Shown here in pieces: positions 40,285 to 52,150 of a stretch of 64,000 nucleotides of DNA (position 1 is the stretch's first letter; each line of letters opens with the position of its first letter). The position numbers and the translations under genes were made by a program. The stretch is from Curvularia clavata (Eukaryota): positions 1,116,001 through 1,180,000 of the forward strand of contig CP089281.1 in the NCBI GenBank assembly GCA_023920165.1. Direction: 5' to 3'. Below the pieces are notes generated by a model. It was not told the origin of the DNA. It searched no databases and saw only the letters and a list, made by a program, of their open reading frames with translations.

Positions 40285-42082
40285 TTACACCTCAACCTGC
40301 GCATACAAGATCCTATCGCCCTCGATATCCGCCCTCATCTCCGGGAAATTCTCATAAAACCTCTCGTCCATCATCCAATTCTTCAGATTGCTCCCATACA
40401 TTTCAAACAAGGGACTGGGCAGATAGCTGCCACTGACGTCGTCGTGGAAAAAAGTGTCTTCGAATCGAAAGGGCCAGTCGAAGCGGATACAGTTGCGGTA
40501 GTAGAAAGACAGTACATTGGATCGGGATAGCAGCGAGTGTTGCGATAGGAACCGGGAGCGCAGACTGGGCCAGGTGAATAGGTCGATGATAATGGGGTGC
40601 TTGGTGGAGGCTTGGGATGAGCTGGAGAGGGAGAGGGATGATGTTAGTCGTTACTAAGAGTTGATATGAAGGAACGAGAATACCTTGGTCGTTGCCATAC
40701 TGGTATGTTGTCTAAATCCTGTTTTGTCGCATTGAGATAGTACTGTAATTTTTTTGGAACAGAAAACATTAGCGCATGGACGGGGGAGCCTGCGGACACT
40801 GAGGTATGCACATACCTTGAGCAGCTTCAGACTTTTATATCCGATGGCTAGGCGCTCCGTCTTTGGCAGCTGGTGAAATGCCAGTTCGTCGATCTGTTTG
40901 ACTAACTCGAGGGTGGGGTAGTATTGCCATTCGAAGGCTGGTATGGTATCCCAACCGTTTTTTATACCTAGGTACAATACCCCAGCTTCTGGGGCTCTGG
41001 ATTGTGATTGCCGACCGGCAAGGATCCTGTTGTTGCCATGCGAACGATAGGTAAAGATTCGGTTTAATATTTGGTTGACTTTCGCCCAGACAGGGCATAG
41101 AGGAGCGCTTGGAGTGGGCTGAGGAACCTTGGCAGGGTTTCCAATGTATTGGATGGTAGGAGACGGAGTATATAAGCCTGGACCAAAGATCTGCGGAGTA
41201 AAATTAGTACGTACAATATAAATGTATAGGTGGTTGGAAAAGTGGAAAAGCACATCTTGTAGCATTGCCTTGAACGTTGTTTCTCTTTGAATCTTCACAG
41301 AGGGATCTTCCTCCTCTTGCTCTTGTACACTTTCTGTATGTAGTTGTAGTTCCAGACTGGGATCTGCATGTTGGTTTGTATCTTGGGAACCTAGCACGTG
41401 TGTGTCTGTCATGAGGCTCATGCCGTCAAGGTCGATGGACCCCGTTAGTGTAGGTTGGTCGAAGAATATCGGCTGCGCGATGGATGTTGGTGGTTCTGTA
41501 AAAGCCGCTTGTTTGGCAAAAGTTGCCTGTTCTGTAGAAATTGGCTGGTTGGCATCAGCGACTGCAAATACTTTTGCATTATGGTTAACAAAAGGTGTAA
41601 GCAGCTCAGGTAAACTTGGGCCTGTTGTGTTATATGAGCGACCCAGCGAATGAATCCAGATATGAGGATTGCGAGGCATGCATACCAGTATTTGTCGCTG
41701 TTGATGAACTGTCCTCGTCTTTTTCACCTTCTTCGCCTCTTGCCGCCATGATATTCTGCGAAGCAATACCGCCTCCAACAAGACTTCTCACATTATCGAT
41801 AATCTGCCTTAACCGCTTATTCTCTGCTCGCAGGGCGTCAATCTCAGAGATTAAATTGGCTGTCGCGCTGTTGCCATCTTTTTCCCGTAGTATTTCTATT
41901 GTGCGCTCAAGTTCAGCAAGACGCGTCTTTGTCTTCTCTCGAAGGGACCGCTGAGCCTCACGGTCCATTGCACGTTTTCTTTCGCGGCGCTCCTGTTCAT
42001 CTAGGCATGAAACCGGGCGTTTCCGCTTCGGTGCGATGGGTGTGCGGGACGAAGCAGCATCACTGAGTTCGTGCTTTCCCAT
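40285..42082 (-). CDS. bZIP transcription factor with C-terminal DUF3425-like domain; introns 41685-41622, 41253-41191 (probable), 40815-40743, 40683-40622
   Basis: Basic region RERKRAMDREAQRSLREKTK plus leucine zipper; spliced C-terminus IPVWQRPS..HPIIIDLFTWPSLRSR..IRFDWPF..SPLFE..LKNW..FYENFPEM ends at TAA 40285. Confidence 0.85.
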
Positions 42083-42614
42083 GACGATACTGTTATGGCT
42101 CCAAAAGTATATTTGTGAGGTGTAATCACGTTTTCAAGCAAATCGGCGTTCAGATAATAGGAAATGGGTTGAATTAGAGTACGTTGTTGACATGATAGTC
42201 GGCCCTATTTATCGGCCGAGGAGCTTTGTCGCCCCTTGATAGCTTCTCGGCGAGCTCGTCTCGCGCCATTCGTCGATAGCCATGACGGGAGAGGAGATCC
42301 TGGGGTAAACTTATGCCCTTTTGGGACGGCTGGTGTGATAGGTCAAGGCTAGATTGCTGTGAATTGATTATTGCTCAGGGGTCGACCTTGAATTGCAAGT
42401 GTGAAAAGTGGACATCACTCGAAAGGAAAGTACTACTGAAGCGATACAGGCAGCATGCCCATTAGTTGCGTGCATCGCTGTACGGATTGCTTCCAGCACT
42501 CTGCTCTACGGACATGTCACTGTCTGGTTAGTAGAACGATACTGAGATGATGAAAAGACAGAAGACTGCGTTTCCAAATCCTGGCCATTTAGAATAGGTT
42601 GTCTACCTGATAGA

Positions 42615-43522
42615 CTACAGTTTAGACGGCCGCCAGTTCGGTTTCCGCTTCTCAGCAAAAGCCTTTAGTCCCTCGAGTGCGTTCTCGCTACTGTTGAGAC
42701 CATGGTTGTACCTCTCGATTACTATTTGTGTAGCGCGCTCAACGCTTCCGGTCTCCCAAGCTTCTCTTAGAGCTGCCCTGGTGACAATGGCGGCGTCTGG
42801 TGATATGGCAGCGATGTCATTGGCTAGTTTGAGCGCCTCTTCTACAACGTTGTCCTTGGAGGATGATATGCGGTTCACGAGGTTGAGCTCCTTCGCCCTC
42901 TGAGCGGTGATTGGTTTTCCTGTCATGGCCATTTCGGATGCGATAGGCAAGCCGACATTGCGGACTAGGCGTGGAGGGCCACCTGCACCAGCGAAGATGC
43001 CACGAAGCGCTTCTGGAAGACCGAACGTGGCATGGGGCGCTGCCACAACCATGTCGCTGTGGAACGTCAATAATGGACCATGCGTGGAACGAACGCTTCA
43101 AAAGCAGCGGCAACTTACCAGCCCAATACGATCTCAAAGCCGCCCCCGAGGGCGAATCCATTGACAGCGGCAATCACAGGCTTCTTACCCATTCGTCTGC
43201 TCAGCCCGGCAAAGCCACTAAGAGGGTGTCTCATGAGGGCGGGGTTCATCTTCAGTTGTCCACTCCTGATGTTTCCCAGTTGGATGAGATCCTGGCCAGC
43301 GCAAAAGCTTTTGGTGCCAGCTCCTGTGACAATGGCGACTCGCAGATTGGGCTCATTGTCGAACCAATCGAAGACCTGGCCCATCTCGGTATGCCCCTCA
43401 TAGGGGATACTATTCATCTGCTTCTCTCGGTTGATGGTGACAAGGAGGACATAGTCGGCAGGGTAGGACAGGAGGACATGCGACGTCGAGGGTGGAGTGG
43501 TTTGTGGTTTGATGGAAGACAT
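42615..43522 (-). CDS. Enoyl-CoA hydratase/crotonase family protein with PTS1 (peroxisomal); exons 43522-43119, 43056-42615
   Basis: [53 protein letters not shown]; ends in SKL. Confidence 0.92.
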
Positions 43523-43889
43523 GATGCGGATACGCGCGAAGCAGGCGCGTCTGTATAGTCAATGAGCACGGATGCTGGGCGCACACGATGAAAGGCGAGG
43601 ATACAAGGCGGCTCAGGGCCTCTCGGCGGGTTATGGAATGTTACATGACTGCTGGTGTTGTGTCGGAGAGGTAAGTTGACACGCGTCGAGCCGAGGCATG
43701 TTTCCCCGCACAACTAGCAAGCTACCCGACAACTGCGTTAGTTCCATAGTCAATAGCAAGCAGATTAGTCAATATGCGCGTGTCGGTTAAGACGAGCATT
43801 GAATCGTCATCTTGATTGAAACTATCTGATTGCGGATGTATTCCGGGGGGCGATATTAACATGTATTTGCCAGCAAGTGTCTAATACCC

Positions 43890-44314
43890 TCAACCTCTTG
43901 TTGGGTGGGTATGTCTCAACAGTGGGTAAACGGAGAGCGCAGCACATACACCCCATCCAAAGACAGCGATGACGAGGAAAAGGCCGACGAGATATGGCAC
44001 TGTCCGCCGCGCGGGTATCAGGCGACCATGGCCTTTGATGAAGGGCGGGTAGATGTAGTAGCGTCTGCCGGGAGCGAAACTAGGGTGCAAGGCTTCAGTT
44101 GGACTGACGTCGATGCCAGAGTCATGAGAAAAACTTCCGACTCGGAGAGATCCATAAACCGCGTCTCGGGAAGACGAGCCGAGAGGAGGAGGAGAAGAAG
44201 GGGGGAGTCGAGGCGCAGGATCGCTTGTGAGTGGGCTAGCCTGGAGTGGTCCTCAGCATCGCGAGAAACAAGGGATGAAGCGGGACGTAGACGCATACAT
44301 ACCTCTTCGGCCAT
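43890..44314 (-). CDS. Putative small single-pass membrane protein, about 120 aa; exons 44314-44303, 44240-43890 (3' end uncertain)
   Basis: ACCATGGCCGAAGAG|GTATGT..GCTGAG..CAG intron splices in frame to an open frame ending in the hydrophobic segment VPYLVGLFLVIAVFGWGV. A second GTATGT inside this segment could change the C-terminus. Confidence 0.55.
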
Positions 44315-45294
44315 GGTGTAGCATACCCACGTAACTCGCAGAAGATGCGTGTCTGTCGACGCGAGATTGTTGAGTGCAGGCAGTGCGGCGACTAAACATG
44401 CGTGTCCAATTGCGGCCACAAGGCCAAGCAAAGCCGCTGATGTCCGGACCGTCTAACATAATGCACCATGGCTGGCGCCGCTCAGCATCAATTACAGTCA
44501 CAGTCAGCAGCCTGGCCAATACCGTATCATGACGGCGTTGGCTGGAAACCCGGGACACAGAAGACTGGCATCTTTATACTAATATGTTTGAGGCATGTCC
44601 TCGGATACGATGGTTCCCACAATACTTCCCCACCCCTTGGCTTACATATTTAGGTACTTGGATAAATTGGGAAAAGCGGCCGCTGTGGACAAAGGTGGGG
44701 AATGTCACTGTAGTCTCCCTTCCTACTTACTAGGTGTGTGTTTGTTGCCTACTGCAGCTCATCAAAATCTTGCCACGAGAGGCCTTCATCCATGATGACC
44801 GTCTAGGCCATGGGTACGCGTCTCGCAAAAGATGCCTTCTCATACGAGCTGGCTTCGCGCAAAAGCAGGCGTTCCTCTAGCGCCCTGCGGGGCACCCAGC
44901 GGCCGACGCAGCAGAGGACCACTCACCAAAGTGCAAAAAATAACATAATTGCATAATAAAGGTGCAACTAGGCCACACAATACTCATCGAAATGGCCGGC
45001 CTCTGTCCGCTACAATTTCGTCCAATTCTCGGTCGCGCCTCTGGTCGTCGTGTTACCCAAGTGCTTGACGCGGGCTACACAGCAGCGCCTCTAATAAATA
45101 CCTGTTCACATGCCATCTACCCGCTTCTCTTCTTTGACTCGCTTTCCATCCTTTACTGCTGGCCAACAAGCTTCTCTCGTCCTCCTCTGCATTCCTGGAT
45201 GAGGTAGAAGCAGCGCAGGCCTCCCGCAATATATAAGGCCACCGCCTGACACCCTGTTTGGCTACATATTCAGCCTTCGCATTCCTCTGTCGTC

Positions 45295-47774
45295 ATGGTT
45301 ACTACCACTCCTCTCTCAGATGCTATTTTCAGAAATGAGCAAGACATCGAGCCTGGAATATTCAACATCCAGCATGATCCATCTCTTTTGAAGCCTCTGG
45401 GGCCTGTCGCCAACCCAAAGGATCCAGAAAACTTCTTGAAGCGATGCTCGGGTCATTCGAAGAAGACTAGTCTGCGCTGCAGCGCCAACATTGGCAAGAA
45501 GGCCCTGAAGGGAATCCACCTCACTTACCTTCCTACATGCAGTGCTCATAGGGATCAGCAAAGCCTTGCGGGATGGTGTCAGTTCAAGGACTCAAATGGC
45601 GAGTGGTGCGGGAGGCTTTTTCGATGGACTCCACCGCACTTTGAGCTTTGTGACAACCACCAGGGCCACCCTAGCACGCCTTGTTACCTTCTGAAACAAC
45701 TGCCTTTGGAGCTTCGCCACGAGATATATCGTTACCTGCTGCCTACTGAACCGATCGATTCCTCGACGGCTGCGGTGCACGACCAATCTGCTCGCGAAGC
45801 CAATCCAAGCTCAATGCGAGGGACACGCACGATGAGATCCAAGTTTCCTATGAGACTCTTGGATTTGCTCATGGTCTCGCGCCAAGTCTATGCAGAAGTG
45901 AAGCGCCTCCTATTCAGCATCATCACTTTCAGGATCGACGTCCGCAAGGACGGTACGTTCATGTGTGGACGCCGACTCCTTGAACCAAAACGGGCAGACG
46001 GATCTTCCCACTACTTCTTCGATCAGGCCGACCATTCTAAGAAGAAATTTCTGAAATCTTTTGATTGGGCTTCAGCAAAAAACTATGCGGTCGACATACT
46101 GCTTGAGAATTGCCCTATTGCAAACCCGCACCTCGCGCCCAACAACGTCAACATGACAATGAAATCCCGTTGGGACGAAGAAGTAGAAATTTACGATATC
46201 CGAGGTAACCCAAACGTTCTCAAGCGGCAACCCCAATACTAACATTCCCAGATTATATTTCCGTCGTTGTCTCGGGTATCCTAGCCAAGGCAACCAAACT
46301 CAACAAGCTTCAGGTTCGACTTTGCATCGCGGACTTTGTCTGGGACCAAGATCAGATTCTGTCCAATGCTACACTTCTTTTCGGTCCTTTTGAGAGATTA
46401 CGAAATGTGCGACAACCAACCCTTGTTGGTGTCTTCAATGGGAGACCAGATAGCAACTCAATGTATCCCATTGAGCGTGGAACGGGACGATATCCCATAG
46501 CAACACTCAACGGATGCATGCAATTAGCAGTTCCGGCATATTATGAACTATGCTCTGTGCCTTCTCTACCTACCAACGAACCGGCGCTATCATCGGGAAT
46601 GCCCGAATTTGACACCTACGCTGCCAAATGGAGTAACCTGATCTCTGCGGAGAGCTCTGCCAATGTGACGCAGGAGCCGCTGATCCGTAAGATGTTCACC
46701 GAATTCCGAAACTTCTATACCGAGCTTTCCAACCAGGTACCAGACGTAGCTTTGAAAACCGGTAGGCACACATTTCTTCACCGTGCCAGAGTGGCGCGCG
46801 AACAAGAGGATGTCATGGCATTCCGGGCTATCAGAACAGAGCTCCTCGAGTACTGGAATAGATACTTGGAGGGTCAAGAACGAAGAAAACGTACTATGGA
46901 GGCTCGTATTGCCAAGTTCCTGCAAAGCGACACGTATCCGTCACACGTCTGGGAAGATACAAGTGCAACGCAACAGGAAAGCTCATTAACCACCCAAGAC
47001 CCACAGCCTCCTATTGTACTTGATTCTGAGGCCATTGCCAGAGATGGTATACCTATGACTGGAAATCAGGTACGACCGAGCTGTCACCAACCACCCCATC
47101 AGCAAATGAGCCAGCATCCACCACGACACAACCCATATCTGTTTCCGCCTGTGTCCATGCAAGCGGCAGGAAATTTCAGCGTTTCGAATCTGCGACAGCG
47201 CCAGGCACAGGCTATTCAGCAGGCACTGGCTCTTCAGAAACAAGCAATTCGGCAACGCCTCCAAATGAAGCAGTTGCAACAAGCACGCGAGTATTTACCC
47301 GTTTCCGCGACAATACAGCAGCAAATCTGTATGCTCAAGCGAAAGGCAACTAACGAGCCAAATGCGATGGAAGTTCAGATATGTTATCCAGCTCAACAAA
47401 CCGACATCGAAACAGCTCAATCAAGCGAAACAGCGAGCATTTCTCAATCGGGATGCGATAATACGCTACTCACCACGGTATCCTACGAAGAATCTAACAT
47501 CAACAAAGGCGATGGTAGTCTCCCCACATCATCAACTTCATCGACGAATGACATGACATCTTTACTAGAAGATGAACCCGGTCCATCCACCAAAAAACGC
47601 CGAGTCGATTTTACGCCAGGAGACTCAGAATCAGACTCAGATAGCGAATGTTATAAGGATGGCCACCTTCGAGGTCAATATCGAACGGCCATGGGTTGTG
47701 ATGTGCATTTTTTCGCCCGCGATTCAGATACAATGGACAATATTACTGCAGAAAAGGGGAAGGGGAAAACGTAA
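45295..47774 (+). CDS. Hypothetical protein with tandem Cys/His modules, F-box-like motif and Q-rich tail; exons 45295-46204, 46252-47774
   Basis: Two ORFs joined in frame by a 47-nt GTAACC..ACTAAC..CAG intron; LLKQLPLELRHEIYRYLLP is F-box-like; TATATAA about 65 nt upstream. Confidence 0.8.
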
Positions 47775-48056
47775 TGCAACAGAGTGAGAGGCGTGAGCAG
47801 GTGACGAGGTTGAAACTGTGTGAACGGATTATATGAAGGAGCAGTGTTGGAACAGTAGTGCTACGGTCATGTAAATTTATGTTTTTTGAGCAACACGCTT
47901 GCAGTTGCGCCCTTAGGTCACAATACCTGGTTGGGTAGACTGATAGTAACGGAATGAGAATTTTTGACAAGAGCTCTCAGTGTCACCAGGTCTCAATCTC
48001 AACACGACTGGGGGTGGAGACAGATCGAAAACGTCGTCCTTGTTCACTTGCTTCTC

Positions 48057-48443
48057 CTACCCAAGAAAGCAACACTTGAAGTTGTCTCCCCCAGGACATT
48101 TATCTGAGTATCAGGATTAGCTATAGCCATCAATATCACCAAATAAAAACATACCGTTAACCCGACGCCCAGGACAGCTATTAGAAGTCCAATCACAGAT
48201 AGAGGGTTTTCCGCATGGGTTTACATCCGGCTGTCCTACACCAATAACACAGCACTTGATATCATCGGCATCATTCGGGCATGCGCCGCTAGTGTACTGC
48301 CCGCCGTAACTTTTGCAAGTAGAGGTGCGGATGCAGATGCCGTTCGCTTTCTGGATCGCAGATGCTTTGTCACCGGTACAGTGGCCGTTCAGAGTCGCGA
48401 GAGCAGCAAGAGGGAAAATAGTAAGGAAGAGGACGGAGCGCAT
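48057..48443 (-). CDS. Small secreted cysteine-rich protein, 111 aa, 12 Cys; exons 48443-48155, 48103-48057
   Basis: Signal peptide MRSVLFLTIFPLAALA; intron GTATGT..GCTAAT..CAG supplies the C-terminus DKCPGGDNFKCCFLG*, completing a second 6-Cys unit. Confidence 0.88.
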
Positions 48444-49899
48444 GATTGCTTATGAGGTCGTACTTTTGTACACGCCAGAAATTGTGAGAATGATTGAAGA
48501 ATATGCTGCTTGATGCGGTGACATGTATTCAATTCAAGCTACTTTATAGCTGTCTCTGTGCAGAGTCTGGTCTAGATCTTCTGGAATGCCATTTTCAAAC
48601 TAAGTCTAATTGTAGAAGGTAGTGAAATTGATATGAAAGCTAAAAATCCGTGCAGCTCAAGTAACCACTAGAGTTCAAAGGAGAGATTCTGATTGTAAGC
48701 CACAATGAGGGGAAGCTGAATGCGAACAGTCCAGTTTGGTTACAGCATATCTGGACCATGTATGTTTGTGACCTGGAAATAGCCTTCAAGAAGGTAACTG
48801 ATCGACTGTGCGTAATAGGCCGCCAGGGGCTAGCCAAAAGACGTTCGAACGCGACTATTGAACAGGGTGCAATTGCACCGACAGAAACTGTTGTTCAGAC
48901 ATAAAAAGCCACCCCTCGCATTCGTCGCATTGCATGCTGTCAGGGAGCGCTAGGTGGGTACTCAAGCGTCTATTCCTACGGGCTAGACTTCTTGTTTAAT
49001 ATACGAGGTATATTCCAATGTCACGATACCGTCGCCACACCCTCATCCTCCTACTCTCATGTGTTTCAGTCACCCATCACCACTATGCTGCTTCAAATGC
49101 GTACCAAGCCACTCGCCGCGGAGCTTCCAGTGTCTTGTGAGCTCATGATCCGATTGGCTGACTGCGTTCGGCCCGTGCCTGAAACAGGTGAACAGCCCTG
49201 GTTGCCCAGTGAGGCGGTCTTTACCCGAAGCCAGATAACTACCCCTGTCGAATTAATTGACCTGACCCCTACTGCCCAAACCCGACTTCCATTTCATTTT
49301 CTTCTTCGCGCTGTCTGGAGCCATCTATGTGGTCCCGCAAAGCATTTCTAGCCTAATATGCATCTAGCTATCGACACTCCTAGTAACCTAGCTTGCTTTT
49401 GATGTGTCGAAACAGTCGGATAACAATTACCTCTCTAACGCAATAGTGCAACCGTTCAGCAACCCTCACAAGACATATTTTCCGCCTTATAGAAATTTAA
49501 GAGGGGCAAGCGTATACCTACACACCAAAGCATGGTCCTCACATAATCTATCACATAATGTTAATAACGTTGTAGTAATTTTGAACCGTGACATGAGCGG
49601 TGTTGATTGGATGGTTTTACCCCAATGTTTTCGGATTCCGAGAGGCTAAAAAGTGAGCCGAACCGCACTGCTCGTGTGCTCGCCTGTATATCACTGCGAC
49701 ACTGCCCCCTTGCTGCTGTGCCGGCAAAGTCCTGGTCATCTCAATGTCCAGGTCAATAAAGTCTGACTATCAGCGCCATATTGCATATCTAGGAACTTAA
49801 CGTCTCTTTTCTCGGTTCAACGACAACATTCTGCTTAGTCCTGTTGTTCCATTTGTTCATTTCTCCAAGGAATAAAGGACTAATGGTCGACGTCACTAG

Positions 49900-50715
49900 C
49901 TAGTCTGTTCCTCTGTATTCGAAATATTTGGCCTAATCTGCAGTCTGAATTAGCTTGGGTACCAGCTCATTTTCCAGAGTTATCGTAGACATGCAGCCCT
50001 CGCCCGCATCTGCTTTGGATTGTACTAGAGCGAGTATCACCATAATCCCGGCTGTTTTCGTAGCAGCTTTGATTTTGGATTTGGAAAATCAATCACATAT
50101 GGCCATATATGGGGTGATAACATCAGCTGAGCGATGATCTGATGCGACCATACTCAGAGACGGATGCGCGCCGGGATTGTGAGCCACGCTCATTTGTCTC
50201 TAATGTGAGCGATGGCATCGATCAGGCCAAGGGACTGCTGTTCATCACACCTTTCAGTTAGCCGACGGATATAGGCTGCCAGCGTTGGGAGCGGTGCGTT
50301 CAACGCCTCTTCGACAGTAAGCGGTGGGAGTGGTGCCATATCCGAAAAGGCTTCAGCTATGACATTGCGTACTGTGCGCTGCGGTATCTGGTTACTGAGA
50401 CGAGGCCGTATGTTGATAGCTTCGCACATCCAAAGGATTGTGGAAGGATCAGTGTTATAGTAAAGAGCCCAAACACTAGAAGGCATGCGCCAGTCATACG
50501 CGCACGTAGCATCGTTTGTGGAAATACAAGGAACTGTAGAGTCCGTCGCTGTTGCCAGCTCTTTCTGCGCAGCTGCTTTGCTCTTGGACAAACGAAACAG
50601 CACAGCCTACTGCTCCACGTGACCCGGGTGTTTCTGCGCCGAGTAAGGTCCTTCTACAAGGCTGTCTCTTGGGAAACTCTTGGTAAAGCGTGAGACGTCC
50701 AGGCACCCCATGTCT
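49900..50715 (-). pseudogene. 3' half of a fungal CoA-dependent acyltransferase (transferase family, Tri101/BAHD-like)
   Basis: Reads CLDVSRF..HPGH..*AVLFRLSKSKAA..ISTNDA..CEAINIRPRL..LAAYIRRLT..IRDK*, then after a frameshift AHPSLSMVASDHR..EGC..D*AKYFEYRGTD*. In-frame stops, a frameshift and no 5' half. Confidence 0.75.
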
Positions 50716-50716
50716 G

Positions 50717-51140
50717 ACATTAACTATGGTTATTCTATATCTGCGCAAGATCCCATTCCGTTGATTTCTCTGATTGAGGAGACTATGGATGCATTTGTCC
50801 TAGCATCAGATCTTCTCACCTGGCCAGTCAATGCTTTTTCGATTCTCAAAAATCTTCCTGGAGGGCTTCCAGGAATTTCGTTCAAAAAGAAGACTGGAGA
50901 ATGGATTAAACTACTTGATACCATGCTCCAGACCTCTTATGGGTTGTTCGAGAGGAGATGTCCGGAAGAGCCCATAGAATTTCTGATGTCTCGTCACCCA
51001 TGGAGCAAAGCAAATTTATTAACGGCAACGAGACAGATATGGACGCAAGTAGAGAGAACCTCGTCAAGAAAGCCGCTGTTATCATGCATTGCGGTGGATC
51101 TGATACAACTGTTGCATCCACACAGACATTCATTCTTAAC
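50717..51140 (+). pseudogene. Internal fragment of a cytochrome P450 (OrdA/CYP64-like region, F-G to I helix)
   Basis: INYGY..DP..LIEETM..WPVNAFSILKNLPGGLPGISFKKK..EW, a frameshift near 50945, then I-helix-like AAVIMHCGGSDTTVASTQTFIL. No N-terminal anchor, ExxR or heme-binding motif. Confidence 0.72.
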
Positions 51141-52150
51141 ACTTTAGATATGCATCTAGTTAACTCGAAAATCAGATGGCTAGTAAATAGGGCCATTTAT
51201 GTAAAGAAATTCAAAGCCGTGTCAGGATCTGGGCCAGTTTGTGCCAATCCAGCCCGAACTAAGTCTATCCTAGCCGGCTTAGTTACCTAAGCTTGAACAA
51301 CGCCCATAAGCAGCTTTCAATCACTGGGGTAGCTCACCAGTGATTCGTCTCGTAATTAGACGACTATTTGTTTACATTTTCCCTGATCCATCTCCTACTG
51401 TACTACAGCCCAGGCAAAAGTCTAACAATTATTGAAGGCTTAGACCTAGCGTCCTCGCCAGGATGTAGCTCACGTGCTGATATGGTCACGTGTACCTTCG
51501 AGACATGTGGATATCCGTCTTAACAGAAAACATCGTTCAAGTGAATTCCGAGAAACATTAATCAATCAGTTGACTACTTTCAAACTAAACTTAACATTAA
51601 CTGGCTCACCAGAAACCCTTGCCATGATCGGTAGACCTCGAGCAGTTAGGCTCCCCACGTAATTCGGGGTCTTCGAACAGAATCTAGCAATTCTCCAGGA
51701 AGCAAGTTAAATCACAGGGCCCACTCACAGCGCGCAAGATGTGAGTATTACCGTAGGATCATGCGACGCGCGTATCCCCCACAACCCCCGCTTCCTCTTA
51801 CGCGCGAAATTTTGTCCGAAAAAGAAACGCGAAGGAATTAAAACCGAAGGAGTCTCACATCTATCAAGATTTCTAAGCGAATTTCTAAGCGGCATAGCAT
51901 AAGTCCGTTGCGGAATATCAACATGGCTTTCTTACTCGTGACATTTGGTCAGGATACACAGCTAAGGCGTGCTTCTGATCTTAATGCTTCAATTATTCAC
52001 AAATCTAGTTATGATCCTTCGGAATCAGAGCGCATATATAAAGCCCATGGAGTTTCTTCCACAATAATCACATTAGCATTTTTGATTGATTACCATCCAG
52101 ATAAAGAAAACTCATTTCAATAGATTCCTACGTCTTTCAGTTAGGCAATC

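Noticed and set aside
48992..49351. 119-aa ORF beside the pseudogenes as a third relic gene
   Set aside because: Non-ATG start and no motif I can recognise.
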